Source of the DNA: Oscillospiraceae bacterium
GTDB lineage: Bacteria; Bacillota; Clostridia; Oscillospirales; Oscillospiraceae
NCBI GenBank assembly: GCA_017439425.1
Contig: JAFSJE010000008.1
Location: 1,069 to 65,068, forward strand
Direction of reading: 5' to 3'
Length of the DNA stretch: 64,000 nt
The notes below the pieces were generated by a model that had not been told where the DNA came from, did not search any database, and was given only the letters and a program-made list of their open reading frames with translations. Shown in pieces: positions 44,604 to 54,556 of the stretch. The first letter of the stretch is position 1. Every line of letters starts with the position of its first letter. The position numbers and the translations under genes were made by a program.

Positions 44604-44621
44604 AACCTTGTGTTGTTTAGC

Positions 44622-44807
44622 TTACCAGGAAGCCTTTTTTACACCAGGGATTTCTCCCTTGTATGCTAACTCACGGAAGCAGATACGGCAGATGCCGTAG
44701 TTGCGGAGATAAGAATGGGGTCTGCCGCAGATCTTGCAGCGGTTGTAGTAGCGCGTGGAGAACTTCGGATCGCGCTGCTGCTTTATTTTCATTGAAGTTT
44801 TAGCCAT
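44622..44807 (-). CDS. rpsN: 30S ribosomal protein S14, type Z (zinc-binding)
   Basis: 61 aa with [23 protein letters not shown]. Confidence 0.95.
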   Translation of the reverse strand: MAKTSMKIKQQRDPKFSTRYYNRCKICGRPHSYLRNYGICRICFRELAYKGEIPGVKKASW

Positions 44808-44822
44808 GATCCAAATTCCTCC

Positions 44823-45365
44823 TTAGTTCTGATAGAAGGGAGCGCCGAGAAGCGTGATGAGCTCGCGGGCTTCCTCATCGGTTTTCGCGGTGGTGCACAT
44901 TACGATGTCCATGCCGCGGATCTTGTCGATCTTATCGTAGTCGATCTCGGGGAAGATCAGCTGCTCCTTAAGGCCGAGCGCGTAGTTGCCGCGGCCGTCG
45001 AAGGAGTTGGGATTGATGCCGCGGAAGTCGCGGACGCGGGGAAGCGCAACGTTGAAGAGTCTGTCGAGGAACTCCCACATCTTATCGTGACGGAGGGTGA
45101 CCTTGACGCCGACGTTCATGCCCTCGCGGAGCTTGAAGTTAGCGACGGACTTGCGCGCCTTGGTGATGACGGCGTGCTGACCGGTGATCTGGCTGATCTC
45201 CTTCTGGACGTTCTCGATCATCTTCTGGTTATCCTTGCAGTCGCCGCAGCCGACGTTGACAACGATCTTCTCGAGCTTCGGGATCTGCATAACGCTCTTG
45301 TAGCCGAACTTTTTCATAAGGGCGGGAGCGATTTCCTGATTGTATTTATCCTGTAATCTGGGCAT
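44823..45365 (-). CDS. rplE: 50S ribosomal protein L5
   Basis: 180 aa. [21 protein letters not shown].. with ..FDGRGNY.LG..EQ.IFPEI. Confidence 0.95.
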   Translation of the reverse strand: MPRLQDKYNQEIAPALMKKFGYKSVMQIPKLEKIVVNVGCGDCKDNQKMIENVQKEISQITGQHAVITKARKSVANFKLREGMNVGVKVTLRHDKMWEFLDRLFNVALPRVRDFRGINPNSFDGRGNYALGLKEQLIFPEIDYDKIDKIRGMDIVMCTTAKTDEEARELITLLGAPFYQN

Positions 45366-45380
45366 ATCTCTCTACCTCCC

Positions 45381-45686
45381 TCACATAGTGGCTCCGCACT
45401 TCTTGCAGGTGCGGACCTTCTTGCCGTCGACGACAGTGTGGGCAACTCTGGTGGCCTTGCCGCACTTCGGGCAGACGAGCTGGACCTTGGAGGCGTAGAT
45501 CGGAGTCTCAACGGAGATGATGCCGCTCTCCTCGCCCTGCTTGCGAGCCTTCTGATGCTTCTTGGCGACGTTAACGCCCTCAACGACGACCTTCATGCTC
45601 TTCGGATCGGCGGAGAGGATCTTGCCCTGCTTGCCCTTATCCTTACCGGAAAGGACCTTAACGGTATCGTTAGTCTTAATGTTCAT
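45381..45686 (-). CDS. rplX: 50S ribosomal protein L24 (variant with two CxxC motifs in the C-terminal part)
   Basis: 101 aa. KOW motif ..VLSGKDKGKQGKIL.. and a C-terminus VCPKCGKATRVAHTVVDGKKVRTCKKCG. Confidence 0.93.
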   Translation of the reverse strand: MNIKTNDTVKVLSGKDKGKQGKILSADPKSMKVVVEGVNVAKKHQKARKQGEESGIISVETPIYASKVQLVCPKCGKATRVAHTVVDGKKVRTCKKCGATM

Positions 45687-45699
45687 TACTGAGCCCTCC

Positions 45700-46068
45700 T
45701 CAAATTACTTCGGGAGCAAGGGACAGGATCTTCATGAATTCCTTGTCGCGGAGCTCTCTTGCAACGGGCCCGAAGATACGCGTGCCGACCGGGTTCTTAT
45801 CATCACGGACGAGGACGGCAGCGTTTTCATCGAAGCGTACGTAAGTGCCATCTGCACGGCGGACGCCGCGGGCGGAACGGACGATAACAGCCTTGACGAC
45901 GTCGCCCTTCTTGACCTGGCCGCCGGGAGCTGCCTTGCGGACGGAAGCGACGATGACGTCGCCGATGTTGCCGTACTTGCGCTTGGAGCCGCCCAGAACG
46001 CGGATGCACTTGATTTCCTTGGCGCCGGTATTGTCGGCGACCTTCAGATAAGATTCCTGCTGTATCAT
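45700..46068 (-). CDS. rplN: 50S ribosomal protein L14
   Basis: 122 aa. [27 protein letters not shown].. Confidence 0.96.
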   Translation of the reverse strand: MIQQESYLKVADNTGAKEIKCIRVLGGSKRKYGNIGDVIVASVRKAAPGGQVKKGDVVKAVIVRSARGVRRADGTYVRFDENAAVLVRDDKNPVGTRIFGPVARELRDKEFMKILSLAPEVI

Positions 46069-46080
46069 TTAGGCGCCTCC

Positions 46081-46344
46081 TTACTTTGCCTTCTCAACGA
46101 TCTCTACAAGTCTCCAGCGCTTATCCTTGGAAAGCGGGCGGCACTCCATAACGCGGACGGTATCGCCGACGCCGGCGATGTTCTCCTCGTCGTGAGCCTT
46201 GAGCTTGTAGGTTCTCTTAACGATTTTCTTATAAAGGGGGTGAGCTACGCGGTCAGCGATAGCAACAACGATGGTCTTGTCCATCTTGTCGGAAACAACC
46301 TTGCCCACCCTTGTCTTTCTGGAAGACGTTCTTACTTCACTCAT
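46081..46344 (-). CDS. rpsQ: 30S ribosomal protein S17
   Basis: 87 aa with ..[14 protein letters not shown]....HPLYKK.VKRT.K..AHDE.. Confidence 0.95.
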   Translation of the reverse strand: MSEVRTSSRKTRVGKVVSDKMDKTIVVAIADRVAHPLYKKIVKRTYKLKAHDEENIAGVGDTVRVMECRPLSKDKRWRLVEIVEKAK

Positions 46345-46356
46345 CTTCTATCCTCC

Positions 46357-46551
46357 TTACTGCTCGAGTCGCTTTTCGCGGATTATCGTCTGGACTCGGG
46401 CAATATCCTTCTTTACAAGGGATATTTTAACAGGGTTGTCGAGCTGATTCGTGGCGTGCTGCATGCGGAGCATGAACAGATCCTTCTTGAGATCTGCGAG
46501 CTTCGCCTCCAGCTCAGCGGGGCTCATCTTTCTTACCTCGTTTGCCTTCAT
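46357..46551 (-). CDS. rpmC: 50S ribosomal protein L29
   Basis: Starts at MKANEVRKMSPAEL (ATG at 46551, right after the rplP stop). The GTG extension to 46563 was rejected. Confidence 0.92.
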   Translation of the reverse strand: MKANEVRKMSPAELEAKLADLKKDLFMLRMQHATNQLDNPVKISLVKKDIARVQTIIREKRLEQ

Positions 46552-46552
46552 C

Positions 46553-46978
46553 TTATTCACCACCGTTCTCTGTCTCGCTGGCGACTATCTTCGTCTTGCA
46601 GGGGAGCTTGTGAGCTCCGAGGCGAAGTGCCTCAGCGGCATCCTCGGGGGAAACACCGGCGATCTCAAAGAGAACGCGACCGGGCTTCACGACCGCTACC
46701 CAGTACTCGGGAGCGCCCTTACCGGAACCCATTCGGGTCTCAGCAGGCTTCTGAGTTACGGGCTTATCAGGGAAAATCTTGATCCAGACCTTACCGCCGC
46801 GCTTGGTGTAGCGGGTGATGGCGACACGGGCCGCCTCGATCTGGTTGGAGGTTATCCAGCAGGGCTCGGTGGCCACGAGGCCGTACTCGCCGTAGGTAAC
46901 CTTGTTGCCGCGGGTAGCGACGCCCTTCATACGGCCGCGCTGTACCTTGCGGTATTTAACTCTCTTAGGCAGAAGCAT
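46553..46978 (-). CDS. rplP: 50S ribosomal protein L16
   Basis: 141 aa. [19 protein letters not shown].. Confidence 0.96.
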   Translation of the reverse strand: MLLPKRVKYRKVQRGRMKGVATRGNKVTYGEYGLVATEPCWITSNQIEAARVAITRYTKRGGKVWIKIFPDKPVTQKPAETRMGSGKGAPEYWVAVVKPGRVLFEIAGVSPEDAAEALRLGAHKLPCKTKIVASETENGGE

Positions 46979-47805
46979 TACTTTGCGCCTCCTTCTCTGG
47001 GACTGTCAGCGCGGGGAGCGCGGGGAGCTCTCGGAGCACCGTTCTGCGGGCGCTGGTTGTTGTTGCGATTGAAACCGCCCTCGCGGCGCTGGCCACGGCG
47101 GTCGCCGTCGCGTCTCTCGCGCTTCTCGCGCGGAGGACGGGAGGTGTCCATGGTGCGGGGGGTGGTGCGGAGAGCCTGATTGAGGATCTCGCCCTTGTAG
47201 ATCCATACCTTAACGCCGATGCGGCCGTAGGTGGTGGCAGCCTCGGTGAAGCCGTAGTCGATGTCGGCACGGAGGGTCTGCAGGGGGATGGTGCCCTCAT
47301 GATACTGCTCGTTGCGGGCGATCTCAGCGCCGCCGATACGGCCGGAGATCTTGATCTTGATGCCGCGGACGCCGAGGCGCATTGCGCGCTGCATGGCGCT
47401 CTTCATGGTGCGGCGGAACGCGACGCGCTTCTCAAGCTGGGAAGCGATGTTCTCAGCGACGAGCTGAGCGTCGGTATCGGGGTTCTTTACCTCGATGATG
47501 GAGAGAGCGACAGGCTTGCCGAACTTCTTCTCGAGGTCAAGACGGAGCTTCTCGATGTCAGCGCCGCCCTTGCCGATGACAAGACCGGGTCTGGAGCAGT
47601 GGATGAAGACCTTGACCTTGGCGCTGTCGCGCTCGATCTCGATCTTGGGAACTCCCGCTGCGTAAAGGAGCTTCTTCAGATACTTGCGGATGTTGTAATC
47701 TTCGACGATAAGATCGCCGACTTTGTCGTCACGGGCGTACCAACGGGAATCCCAATCCTTGATAACGCCGACGCGAAGTCCGTGGGGGTTAACTTTCTGT
47801 CCCAT
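46978..47805 (-). CDS. rpsC: 30S ribosomal protein S3 (with R/G/P-rich C-terminal tail of about 55 aa)
   Basis: 275 aa. [15 protein letters not shown] domain.. The tail reads ..[42 protein letters not shown].. Confidence 0.95.
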   Translation of the reverse strand: MGQKVNPHGLRVGVIKDWDSRWYARDDKVGDLIVEDYNIRKYLKKLLYAAGVPKIEIERDSAKVKVFIHCSRPGLVIGKGGADIEKLRLDLEKKFGKPVALSIIEVKNPDTDAQLVAENIASQLEKRVAFRRTMKSAMQRAMRLGVRGIKIKISGRIGGAEIARNEQYHEGTIPLQTLRADIDYGFTEAATTYGRIGVKVWIYKGEILNQALRTTPRTMDTSRPPREKRERRDGDRRGQRREGGFNRNNNQRPQNGAPRAPRAPRADSPREGGAK

Positions 47806-47807
47806 TT

Positions 47808-48149
47808 TTACGCCTCCTCTCTTTCCTTAACGACGATGGTGATGTGGCTGGTTCTCTTGTTGATGCGATAGCCGCGGCCCTTGCTAACAGGCTGCATCCT
47901 CTTGAGGATGGGGCCGGGGTTTGCGAAGGTCTCGGATACGTAGAGATTGCTCGCATCCATGCTGAAGTTGTTTTCAGCGTTGGCAGCAGCGGAGTTCAGG
48001 AGCTTTACCATGATCTCGCTGGCGGCCTTCGGTGTGTTCAAAAGTATAGCGCGCGCGGTGCGAACGTCCTTGCCGCGGATAAGATCGCAGACGATCTTAA
48101 CCTTGCGCGGGGAGATACGCGCGTATTTAACAGTAGCTCTGGCTTCCAT
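47808..48149 (-). CDS. rplV: 50S ribosomal protein L22
   Basis: 113 aa. [24 protein letters not shown].. Confidence 0.95.
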   Translation of the reverse strand: MEARATVKYARISPRKVKIVCDLIRGKDVRTARAILLNTPKAASEIMVKLLNSAAANAENNFSMDASNLYVSETFANPGPILKRMQPVSKGRGYRINKRTSHITIVVKEREEA

Positions 48150-48161
48150 TCGATTGCCTCC

Positions 48162-48434
48162 TTATTTGCCCGTCTTGCTGCCGGCGTGGCCGCGGAAGGT
48201 ACGGGTCGGTGCAAACTCGCCGAGCTTGTGTCCGACCATATCCTCGGTGACGTACACAGGAATGTGACGGCGACCGTCGTGGACAGCGATGGTGTGACCA
48301 ACGAAGGACGGGAAAATGGTGCTGGAACGGCTCCAGGTCTTGAGGACCTTCTTATCGCCGGTCTTGTTGAGCTCCTCAACTCTCTTCAGGAGCTCGGGTG
48401 CCACGAACGGGCCCTTCTTAATGCTTCTTGACAT
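48162..48434 (-). CDS. rpsS: 30S ribosomal protein S19
   Basis: 90 aa. [11 protein letters not shown]...LL.. with ..GHT.AVH.GR.H.PVY.. Confidence 0.95.
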   Translation of the reverse strand: MSRSIKKGPFVAPELLKRVEELNKTGDKKVLKTWSRSSTIFPSFVGHTIAVHDGRRHIPVYVTEDMVGHKLGEFAPTRTFRGHAGSKTGK

Positions 48435-48447
48435 TTCCTATCCCTCC

Positions 48448-49284
<837 letters not shown>

Positions 49285-49299
49285 TTCTTATTTCCTCCC

Positions 49300-49596
49300 T
49301 TATACCATTCCCTCGAAGAACTCGATGGGCTTGGAGTCGGCAGCAAGACGAACGACTGCCTTCTTCCAGCTCTTGGTCATGCCGGCGGGATAGCGGCCGA
49401 CGCGCTTTTCCTTGCCCATCATGTTCATGGTGGTGACCTTTGCGACCTTCACGCCGAAGATTGTCTCAACGGCGGTCTTGATCTCGGCCTTGCCGGCCTC
49501 AGGGGCGACCTCGAAAGCGTACTTCTTGAGGTCGAGCGCCTCCATGGACTGCTCGGTGATGATCGGGCGGAGGATAACGTCATAATTCGATTTCAT
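49300..49596 (-). CDS. rplW: 50S ribosomal protein L23
   Basis: 98 aa with ..[11 protein letters not shown]....KYAFEV...A.K.EIK.AVE..F.VKV.. Confidence 0.93.
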   Translation of the reverse strand: MKSNYDVILRPIITEQSMEALDLKKYAFEVAPEAGKAEIKTAVETIFGVKVAKVTTMNMMGKEKRVGRYPAGMTKSWKKAVVRLAADSKPIEFFEGMV

Positions 49597-50219
49597 TACG
49601 CATAAACCTCCTCGATGGTGGTAAGCGCTGCCTTGTCAACGACGAGCTTGTCGGCGTTGAGAACGGCGTAAGCGTTGAGGTTGGCGGCGACAGTGGTCGC
49701 AACGCCGGGGATGTTGCGGGCGCTCTTGACAACGTTCGCGTCAACAGCGGGGGTAACGACGAGAGCCTTCTTCTCGGCGCCGACAGCGTTAAGGAACGCC
49801 TTGAACGCCTTGGTCTTGGGCTCGGCGCAGGTGATGGCGTCGACGACGACTACGTTCTCCTCAACAGCCTTCTGGCTGAGAGCGGAGCGGATTGCGAGCT
49901 TGCGGACCTTCTTGTTAACGGAGAAGCTGTAGCTTCTGGGCTTCGGAGCGAAGGCTACGCCGCCGTGGGTGTAGTGGGGGTTGCGGGTGGAACCCTGACG
50001 GGCGTGACCCGTGCCCTTCTGACGATAGGGCTTTGCGCCGCCGCCGGAAACCTCAGCCTTCGTAAGAGCGCTCTGGGTGCCCTGACGGAGATTGGCGAGG
50101 TGGCTGCGGACTGCCATGTGAAGAACTGCTTCGTTGGGCTCGATTCCGAAAACGGACTCAGGGAGCTCAACACTGCCGACTTCCTTGCCGGACATATTGA
50201 CAACTTTAACGGTAGGCAT
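49596..50219 (-). CDS. rplD: 50S ribosomal protein L4
   Basis: 207 aa with ..RQGT...KT.AEVSGGG.KP.RQKGTG.ARQGS.R.P.. Confidence 0.95.
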   Translation of the reverse strand: MPTVKVVNMSGKEVGSVELPESVFGIEPNEAVLHMAVRSHLANLRQGTQSALTKAEVSGGGAKPYRQKGTGHARQGSTRNPHYTHGGVAFAPKPRSYSFSVNKKVRKLAIRSALSQKAVEENVVVVDAITCAEPKTKAFKAFLNAVGAEKKALVVTPAVDANVVKSARNIPGVATTVAANLNAYAVLNADKLVVDKAALTTIEEVYA

Positions 50220-50237
50220 TGTTTAACTCTCCTTTCC

Positions 50238-50936
50238 TTAGCCTCTTGCAGATCTCTTCTGCGGGTTGGAGCTGACGGTCTGAGCCGGGCCCTTGATCTT
50301 GGAGCGGTTGATGACGGTGTTCTTGATGTAGACGATGCCGCCCTTGGGTCCGGGAACAGCGCCGCGAACAGCGATCATGTTCTTCTCGGTGTCGATGTAA
50401 ACGATATCGAGGTTCTGAACGGTAACGGTCTCGTTACCCATCTGGCCGGCGCCGATCTTTCCCTTATAAATACGGGAAGGAGTCGAGGTCGAGCCCATAG
50501 AACCGGCGTGACGGTGAACAGGGCCGCCGCCGTGGCTGGTCGGGGTGCGCTGAGCGTTGAAACGCTTGATTGCGCCCTGATAGCCCTTACCTTTGCTGAC
50601 GCCGGTGATATCGAGCTGATCGCCCTTCTGGAAGAGGTCGCAGCCGATTACGTCGCCGGCCTCGAACTTGGAGCAGTCGTCAAGACGGAACTCCTTGAGG
50701 TGGCGCTTGAGATCCTCGCCGGCCTTCTTGAGATGGCCGAGCTCGGGCTTGGAGAGCTTTTTCTCCTCGATGTCCTCAAAACCGAGCTGAACGGCGTTGT
50801 AGCCGTCGTTCTCAACGGTCTTTACCTGGACAACGGTGCAGGGGCCGGCTTCGATAACGGTCACGGGAATGACCTTGCCGGTCTCGTCGAAGATCTGCGT
50901 CATGCCGATCTTCTTGCCGATGATGGCTTTTTCCAT
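50238..50936 (-). CDS. rplC: 50S ribosomal protein L3
   Basis: Starts at MEKAIIGKKIGMTQIFDE (ATG at 50936 after GGAGGA). The 39-codon extension in the ORF track was rejected. Confidence 0.95.
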   Translation of the reverse strand: MEKAIIGKKIGMTQIFDETGKVIPVTVIEAGPCTVVQVKTVENDGYNAVQLGFEDIEEKKLSKPELGHLKKAGEDLKRHLKEFRLDDCSKFEAGDVIGCDLFQKGDQLDITGVSKGKGYQGAIKRFNAQRTPTSHGGGPVHRHAGSMGSTSTPSRIYKGKIGAGQMGNETVTVQNLDIVYIDTEKNMIAVRGAVPGPKGGIVYIKNTVINRSKIKGPAQTVSSNPQKRSARG

Positions 50937-51073
50937 TTTTACTTTTCCTCCTAAAAGGTTATTGGTCGAGGCCGCCACAGCCGCAACATAAGCTGCCGTA
51001 CTCCGACTTGACCCCGTCCGCTCACGCAAGTCGCGGACGATGGGTGCTGACATATTTATATAAGGTATTGCGA

Positions 51074-51385
51074 TTAGAGCTTAATCTCTATCTCTACACC
51101 AGCCGGAATCTCGAGTGCCATAAGAGCCTCGACAGTCTTCTGGGTGGGGGAGACGATGTCGATAAGTCTCTTGTGGGTTCTTCTCTCGAACTGCTCACGG
51201 CTGTCCTTATACTTGTGAACTGCGCGAAGAATGGTAACGACCTCTTTCTTGGTGGGAAGGGGGATGGGGCCGGAAACCTTCGCGTCTGTGCGCTTTGCGG
51301 TCTCGACGATCTTCTCAGCGGTCTGATCGATGAGCTGATGGTCGTAGGCCTTGAGTCTGATGCGGATCATTTTCTTTGCTGCCAT
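51074..51385 (-). CDS. rpsJ: 30S ribosomal protein S10
   Basis: Starts at [21 protein letters not shown] (ATG at 51385 after GGAGGA). It is the first gene of the superoperon. Confidence 0.95.
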   Translation of the reverse strand: MAAKKMIRIRLKAYDHQLIDQTAEKIVETAKRTDAKVSGPIPLPTKKEVVTILRAVHKYKDSREQFERRTHKRLIDIVSPTQKTVEALMALEIPAGVEIEIKL

Positions 51386-51673
51386 AATACTTTTTCCTCC
51401 AAATCGTACAGCATTTTTATGCGGTACGGTGAGAAATTTTTTGTACACACATCCGTGCGTATCACTCCCGGGCAGAAATTTAACCGGACATAATCCGGCT
51501 AAAGCTCTGTACAGACGATATACGAAAGTACAAATTTATTCCTCAGCCGCCCGATTGCGCACCCCCAAACAAGGGAATGCCGGACATACTCCCCGGAAGT
51601 TACCGCCGTCTGACGCAATCTCCCGGATCATCGCATGCGCACTTCGGGCATACCTGCCCTCACGCGCTAGGGT

Positions 51674-51702
51674 AGAATACCATATTGTACCGCCCTTGTC
51701 AA
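51674..51702 (-). promoter_or_regulatory. promoter of the S10-spc-alpha superoperon
   Basis: On the minus strand: TTGACA (51702-51697), 17-nt spacer, TATTCT (51679-51674) preceded by TGG, giving an extended -10 (TGnTATTCT). The implied leader is about 280 nt. Confidence 0.55.
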
Positions 51703-51800
51703 GCACATTTTGAAATTTTTTTCGTTAATTTTGACAATAGTGAAAACCCTTGAAAATCAACACAATATCTTGTGTCAACCGCCATTCGGCACTTTATAAT

Positions 51801-51829
51801 TTGACAAGTCTACAAAAATGCAGTAGTAT
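51801..51829 (+). promoter_or_regulatory. near-consensus promoter reading into repeat copy B and dusB
   Basis: TTGACA (51801-51806), 17-nt spacer, TAGTAT (51824-51829). Confidence 0.6.
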
Positions 51830-51852
51830 GTATGGGCAGGCCCATACTGTCC

Positions 51853-52068
51853 TTGTTCATTCTCTCTCTTTCTCGCTGAGAAAGAGAGAGAACGGAACCA
51901 AGAGAGAGATAAGAGGCTTTTGGCGGTGACCATCACACTGAGGTGCCTCATAATGCGCGGTGCTGTTGTCTAATACGCGAAGCGGCGAGCGGCGCTTGGC
52001 CGCTTACTGCATACTAAATCGTAATGCCTGCTTCTACGGCTTTCACCGCGCTTTGCGGCGGTATCGTG
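51853..52068 (+). repeat. copy B of the roughly 210-nt structured intergenic repeat
   Basis: Aligns with the reverse complement of 31963-32166. It contains a 13-bp CT/GA hairpin (51860-51892) and a long-range helix GCGCGGTG (51955-51962) / CACCGCGC (52044-52051). Confidence 0.8.
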
Positions 52069-52126
52069 CAGGGGCGGGTCTCCGTGCCCGTCCTCAAACC
52101 ACACTATATTATAATAAGGTATCATT

Positions 52127-53095
52127 ATGGACTTTTCACAGATAAAACTGATACTTGCGCCAATGGCAGGAGTCACTGACCTGGCGTTCCGCACGCTGTG
52201 CCGCGAGTACGGCGCAGATTACACGGTTACCGAGATGATTTCCTCGAAGGCGCTGATGTTCAATGACAAAAAGACCTATGCCCTCATGCGCCTCGGAGAG
52301 GGCGAACGCCCCGTGGGAATCCAGCTTTTCGGCTCAGACCCTCAGTGCATGGCTGAGGCGGCGCAGAAGGTGGAGGAATTCGCCCGCCCGGATGTAATCG
52401 ACGTCAACATGGGCTGTCCCGTCGGCAAGGTGGTATCCTCCGGCGACGGCTCGGCGCTTATGAAAACCCCCGAAAAGGCGCGCGACATCGTAGAAGCGAT
52501 GGTAAAAGCCGTGAGCACTCCGGTAACCGTCAAGTTCCGCAAGGGCTTTGACGGAGGCTCGGTCAAAGCTGTCGAATTCGGGAAAATGCTGGAGGAGGCA
52601 GGTGCCTCGGCGCTGTGCGTTCACGGCAGGACCCGCGCGCAGATGTATTCAGGGCGCGCCGATTGGGACATAATAAGGGAGGTCAAGGCGGCGGTCAGCG
52701 TGCCGGTCGCCGCAAACGGCGACGTTTTCACCGGCGACGACGCGCGGCACATTCTCGATTACACCGGCTGTGACGCCGTTGCGATTGCACGAGGCTCGCT
52801 CGGCGCTCCGTGGCTTTTCCGCGACGCGAAATGCGCTGTACGCGGCATGGATATTCCGCCTGCGCCCAAGTATTCCGAGCGTGTGGCGGTGGCGAAGCGG
52901 CAGTTTTACCTTGCCGCGGAGGACAGAGGCGAGAAGGTCGCCTGCCTTGAGGCGCGCAAGCACCTTGCGTGGTATTTAAAAGGTATGCCCCACGCAGCAT
53001 TTTTCCGTGAGCGAATAATGAGCGTATCCACGCTCAAGGATATAGAAAACGTATCGCGCGACATTTTGGACGCGCTGAGGGAGGTGGAATCGTGA
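52127..53095 (+). CDS. dusB: tRNA-dihydrouridine synthase
   Basis: 322 aa. ..LAPMAGVTDLAFR.. plus NMGCP and HGRT motifs of the Dus family. Confidence 0.9.
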   Translation: MDFSQIKLILAPMAGVTDLAFRTLCREYGADYTVTEMISSKALMFNDKKTYALMRLGEGERPVGIQLFGSDPQCMAEAAQKVEEFARPDVIDVNMGCPVGKVVSSGDGSALMKTPEKARDIVEAMVKAVSTPVTVKFRKGFDGGSVKAVEFGKMLEEAGASALCVHGRTRAQMYSGRADWDIIREVKAAVSVPVAANGDVFTGDDARHILDYTGCDAVAIARGSLGAPWLFRDAKCAVRGMDIPPAPKYSERVAVAKRQFYLAAEDRGEKVACLEARKHLAWYLKGMPHAAFFRERIMSVSTLKDIENVSRDILDALREVES

Positions 53096-53709
53096 CCCAG
53101 GAGGAGGAATTGAGGCTTGTAAAGCGTGCCGCCGAGGGCGACGAGGGCGCTTTTGAAAAGCTTGTAATTGAAAACGAGAAGCTGATTTACAACGTCGCGC
53201 TGAAAATCACCGGTAATCCGGACGACGCCGAGGACGTCGCGCAGGAGGCATTCATAAAGGCGTACCGCAATCTCGGCTCATTCCGCGGCGAAAGCCGCTT
53301 TTCGGGGTGGCTCTACCGTCTGTGCTACAACGCCGCGATGGATCACATCCGCAAAACCCGCGACCCGAACCTGCGCTCGCTCACGAATGACGACGGGTCG
53401 GATGCGGAGCTTGACGTAGCCGACCCCGCGCCCACGCCCGAGGAGAGCGCGGAGCGCAAGGAAACTCAGCGCATCGTTCGCGAGGCGGTGAATCAGCTTG
53501 ACGACGATAAGCGCGAAATTCTCATAATGCGGGAGTTTTCCGGCATGAGCTACACAGCGATCGCCGACGCGCTCGGCATCGAGGAGGGCACTGTCAAGAG
53601 CCGAATAAGCCGCGCGCGGGCTTCGCTTGCGGAAATTCTGCGGCAAAGCGGAACTTTTAGCCAGCTCAGTGAGTCAAATAGTCGGAAAGGGGGAAAACGG
53701 AATGTGTAA
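53092..53709 (+). CDS. RNA polymerase sigma-70 family factor (ECF/SigW-like)
   Basis: GTG at 53092 overlaps the dusB stop (GTGA), with GAGGGAGGTGG upstream. Region 2 is ..AEDVAQEAFIKAY and region 4 is ..REFSGMSYTAIADALGIEEGTVKSRISRAR. Confidence 0.85.
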   Translation: MTQEEELRLVKRAAEGDEGAFEKLVIENEKLIYNVALKITGNPDDAEDVAQEAFIKAYRNLGSFRGESRFSGWLYRLCYNAAMDHIRKTRDPNLRSLTNDDGSDAELDVADPAPTPEESAERKETQRIVREAVNQLDDDKREILIMREFSGMSYTAIADALGIEEGTVKSRISRARASLAEILRQSGTFSQLSESNSRKGGKRNV

Positions 53710-54520
53710 CTGCGAACGTGCGCAGGAACTGATAAGCGCGTACATCGACGGCGAGATCACCGCCGGCGAAAAGGCGGAGCTCGATGAGCACGTCGCAGGG
53801 TGCAGGGATTGCGCCGATATGCTCGCCGTGTATTCCGAGATCTCCCGCGCGATGGCTGAGGACGTCGAGCCGCCCGCGAGCTTGCGCGAGAGCGTGATGA
53901 GCGGCGTCCGCGAGATAAACGCAGAGAGAAAACCGAAAAAAGCAAAAATAGTTTGGCTCCGCTGGGTATCGGCAGCCGCGGCGGTGGCGATAGTGAGCTT
54001 TGTCGGCGTGAGAGCCATAATGCCCAAGGGTGCGGACAGCGCTGCACCGATGCTGAAGGCGGCAAATGCCAACGGCAGCGTCGAGTATTCGATAAACACC
54101 GCGCCCTCCGAGATAACGGACGAGGCGGCGGTGGAATTCGCTCCCACTGAGCCGGAGGAGGCTCCGGCAGCGGTCGAGGACAGCGGGCTGGAGGCTTCGC
54201 TCTTTATGTTCCCGGCTTCACCGACCGAGGAGGCGCCGGCGGCCTCGAACTCCGTTGACATTCAGGCTGAGATGAAGGCTCTAATGGACGCTTCAGAGAG
54301 CGAGAAAAGAACTTATATAATCAGCTGCTCGGTTGACAATAGTAAGGCAGTTGTCGAATTATGTAAATCGCTTGGCGGAGAAATCCTCTATGGGTACAAC
54401 GAAATCGGCGGCTGCGCGGTAAGGATTCCGGCAGAGGAAGCCGAGAGCTTCGTTGAAGCCTTAGAAGCGAGCGAGCTTGTCCTTGGGGTTACCGAGGACA
54501 GCGTTGTGACGATCGAATGA
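53702..54520 (+). CDS. anti-sigma factor (zinc-finger, single-pass membrane)
   Basis: ATG at 53702 overlaps the sigma stop (ATGTGTAA). It has the zf-HC2 motif HVAGCRDC, a TM helix VSAAAAVAIVSFVGV, and an extracytoplasmic region ending in a compact domain of about 80 aa. Confidence 0.8.
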   Translation: MCNCERAQELISAYIDGEITAGEKAELDEHVAGCRDCADMLAVYSEISRAMAEDVEPPASLRESVMSGVREINAERKPKKAKIVWLRWVSAAAAVAIVSFVGVRAIMPKGADSAAPMLKAANANGSVEYSINTAPSEITDEAAVEFAPTEPEEAPAAVEDSGLEASLFMFPASPTEEAPAASNSVDIQAEMKALMDASESEKRTYIISCSVDNSKAVVELCKSLGGEILYGYNEIGGCAVRIPAEEAESFVEALEASELVLGVTEDSVVTIE

Positions 54521-54527
54521 TGCAAGA

Positions 54528-54556
54528 AAGGACGGGAGCGTTTCCCGTCCTTTTCC
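54528..54556. terminator. bidirectional intrinsic terminator
   Basis: AAGGACGGGA/TCCCGTCCTT 10-bp stem with a 5-nt loop, flanked by A and T runs. It lies between convergent genes. Confidence 0.85.
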
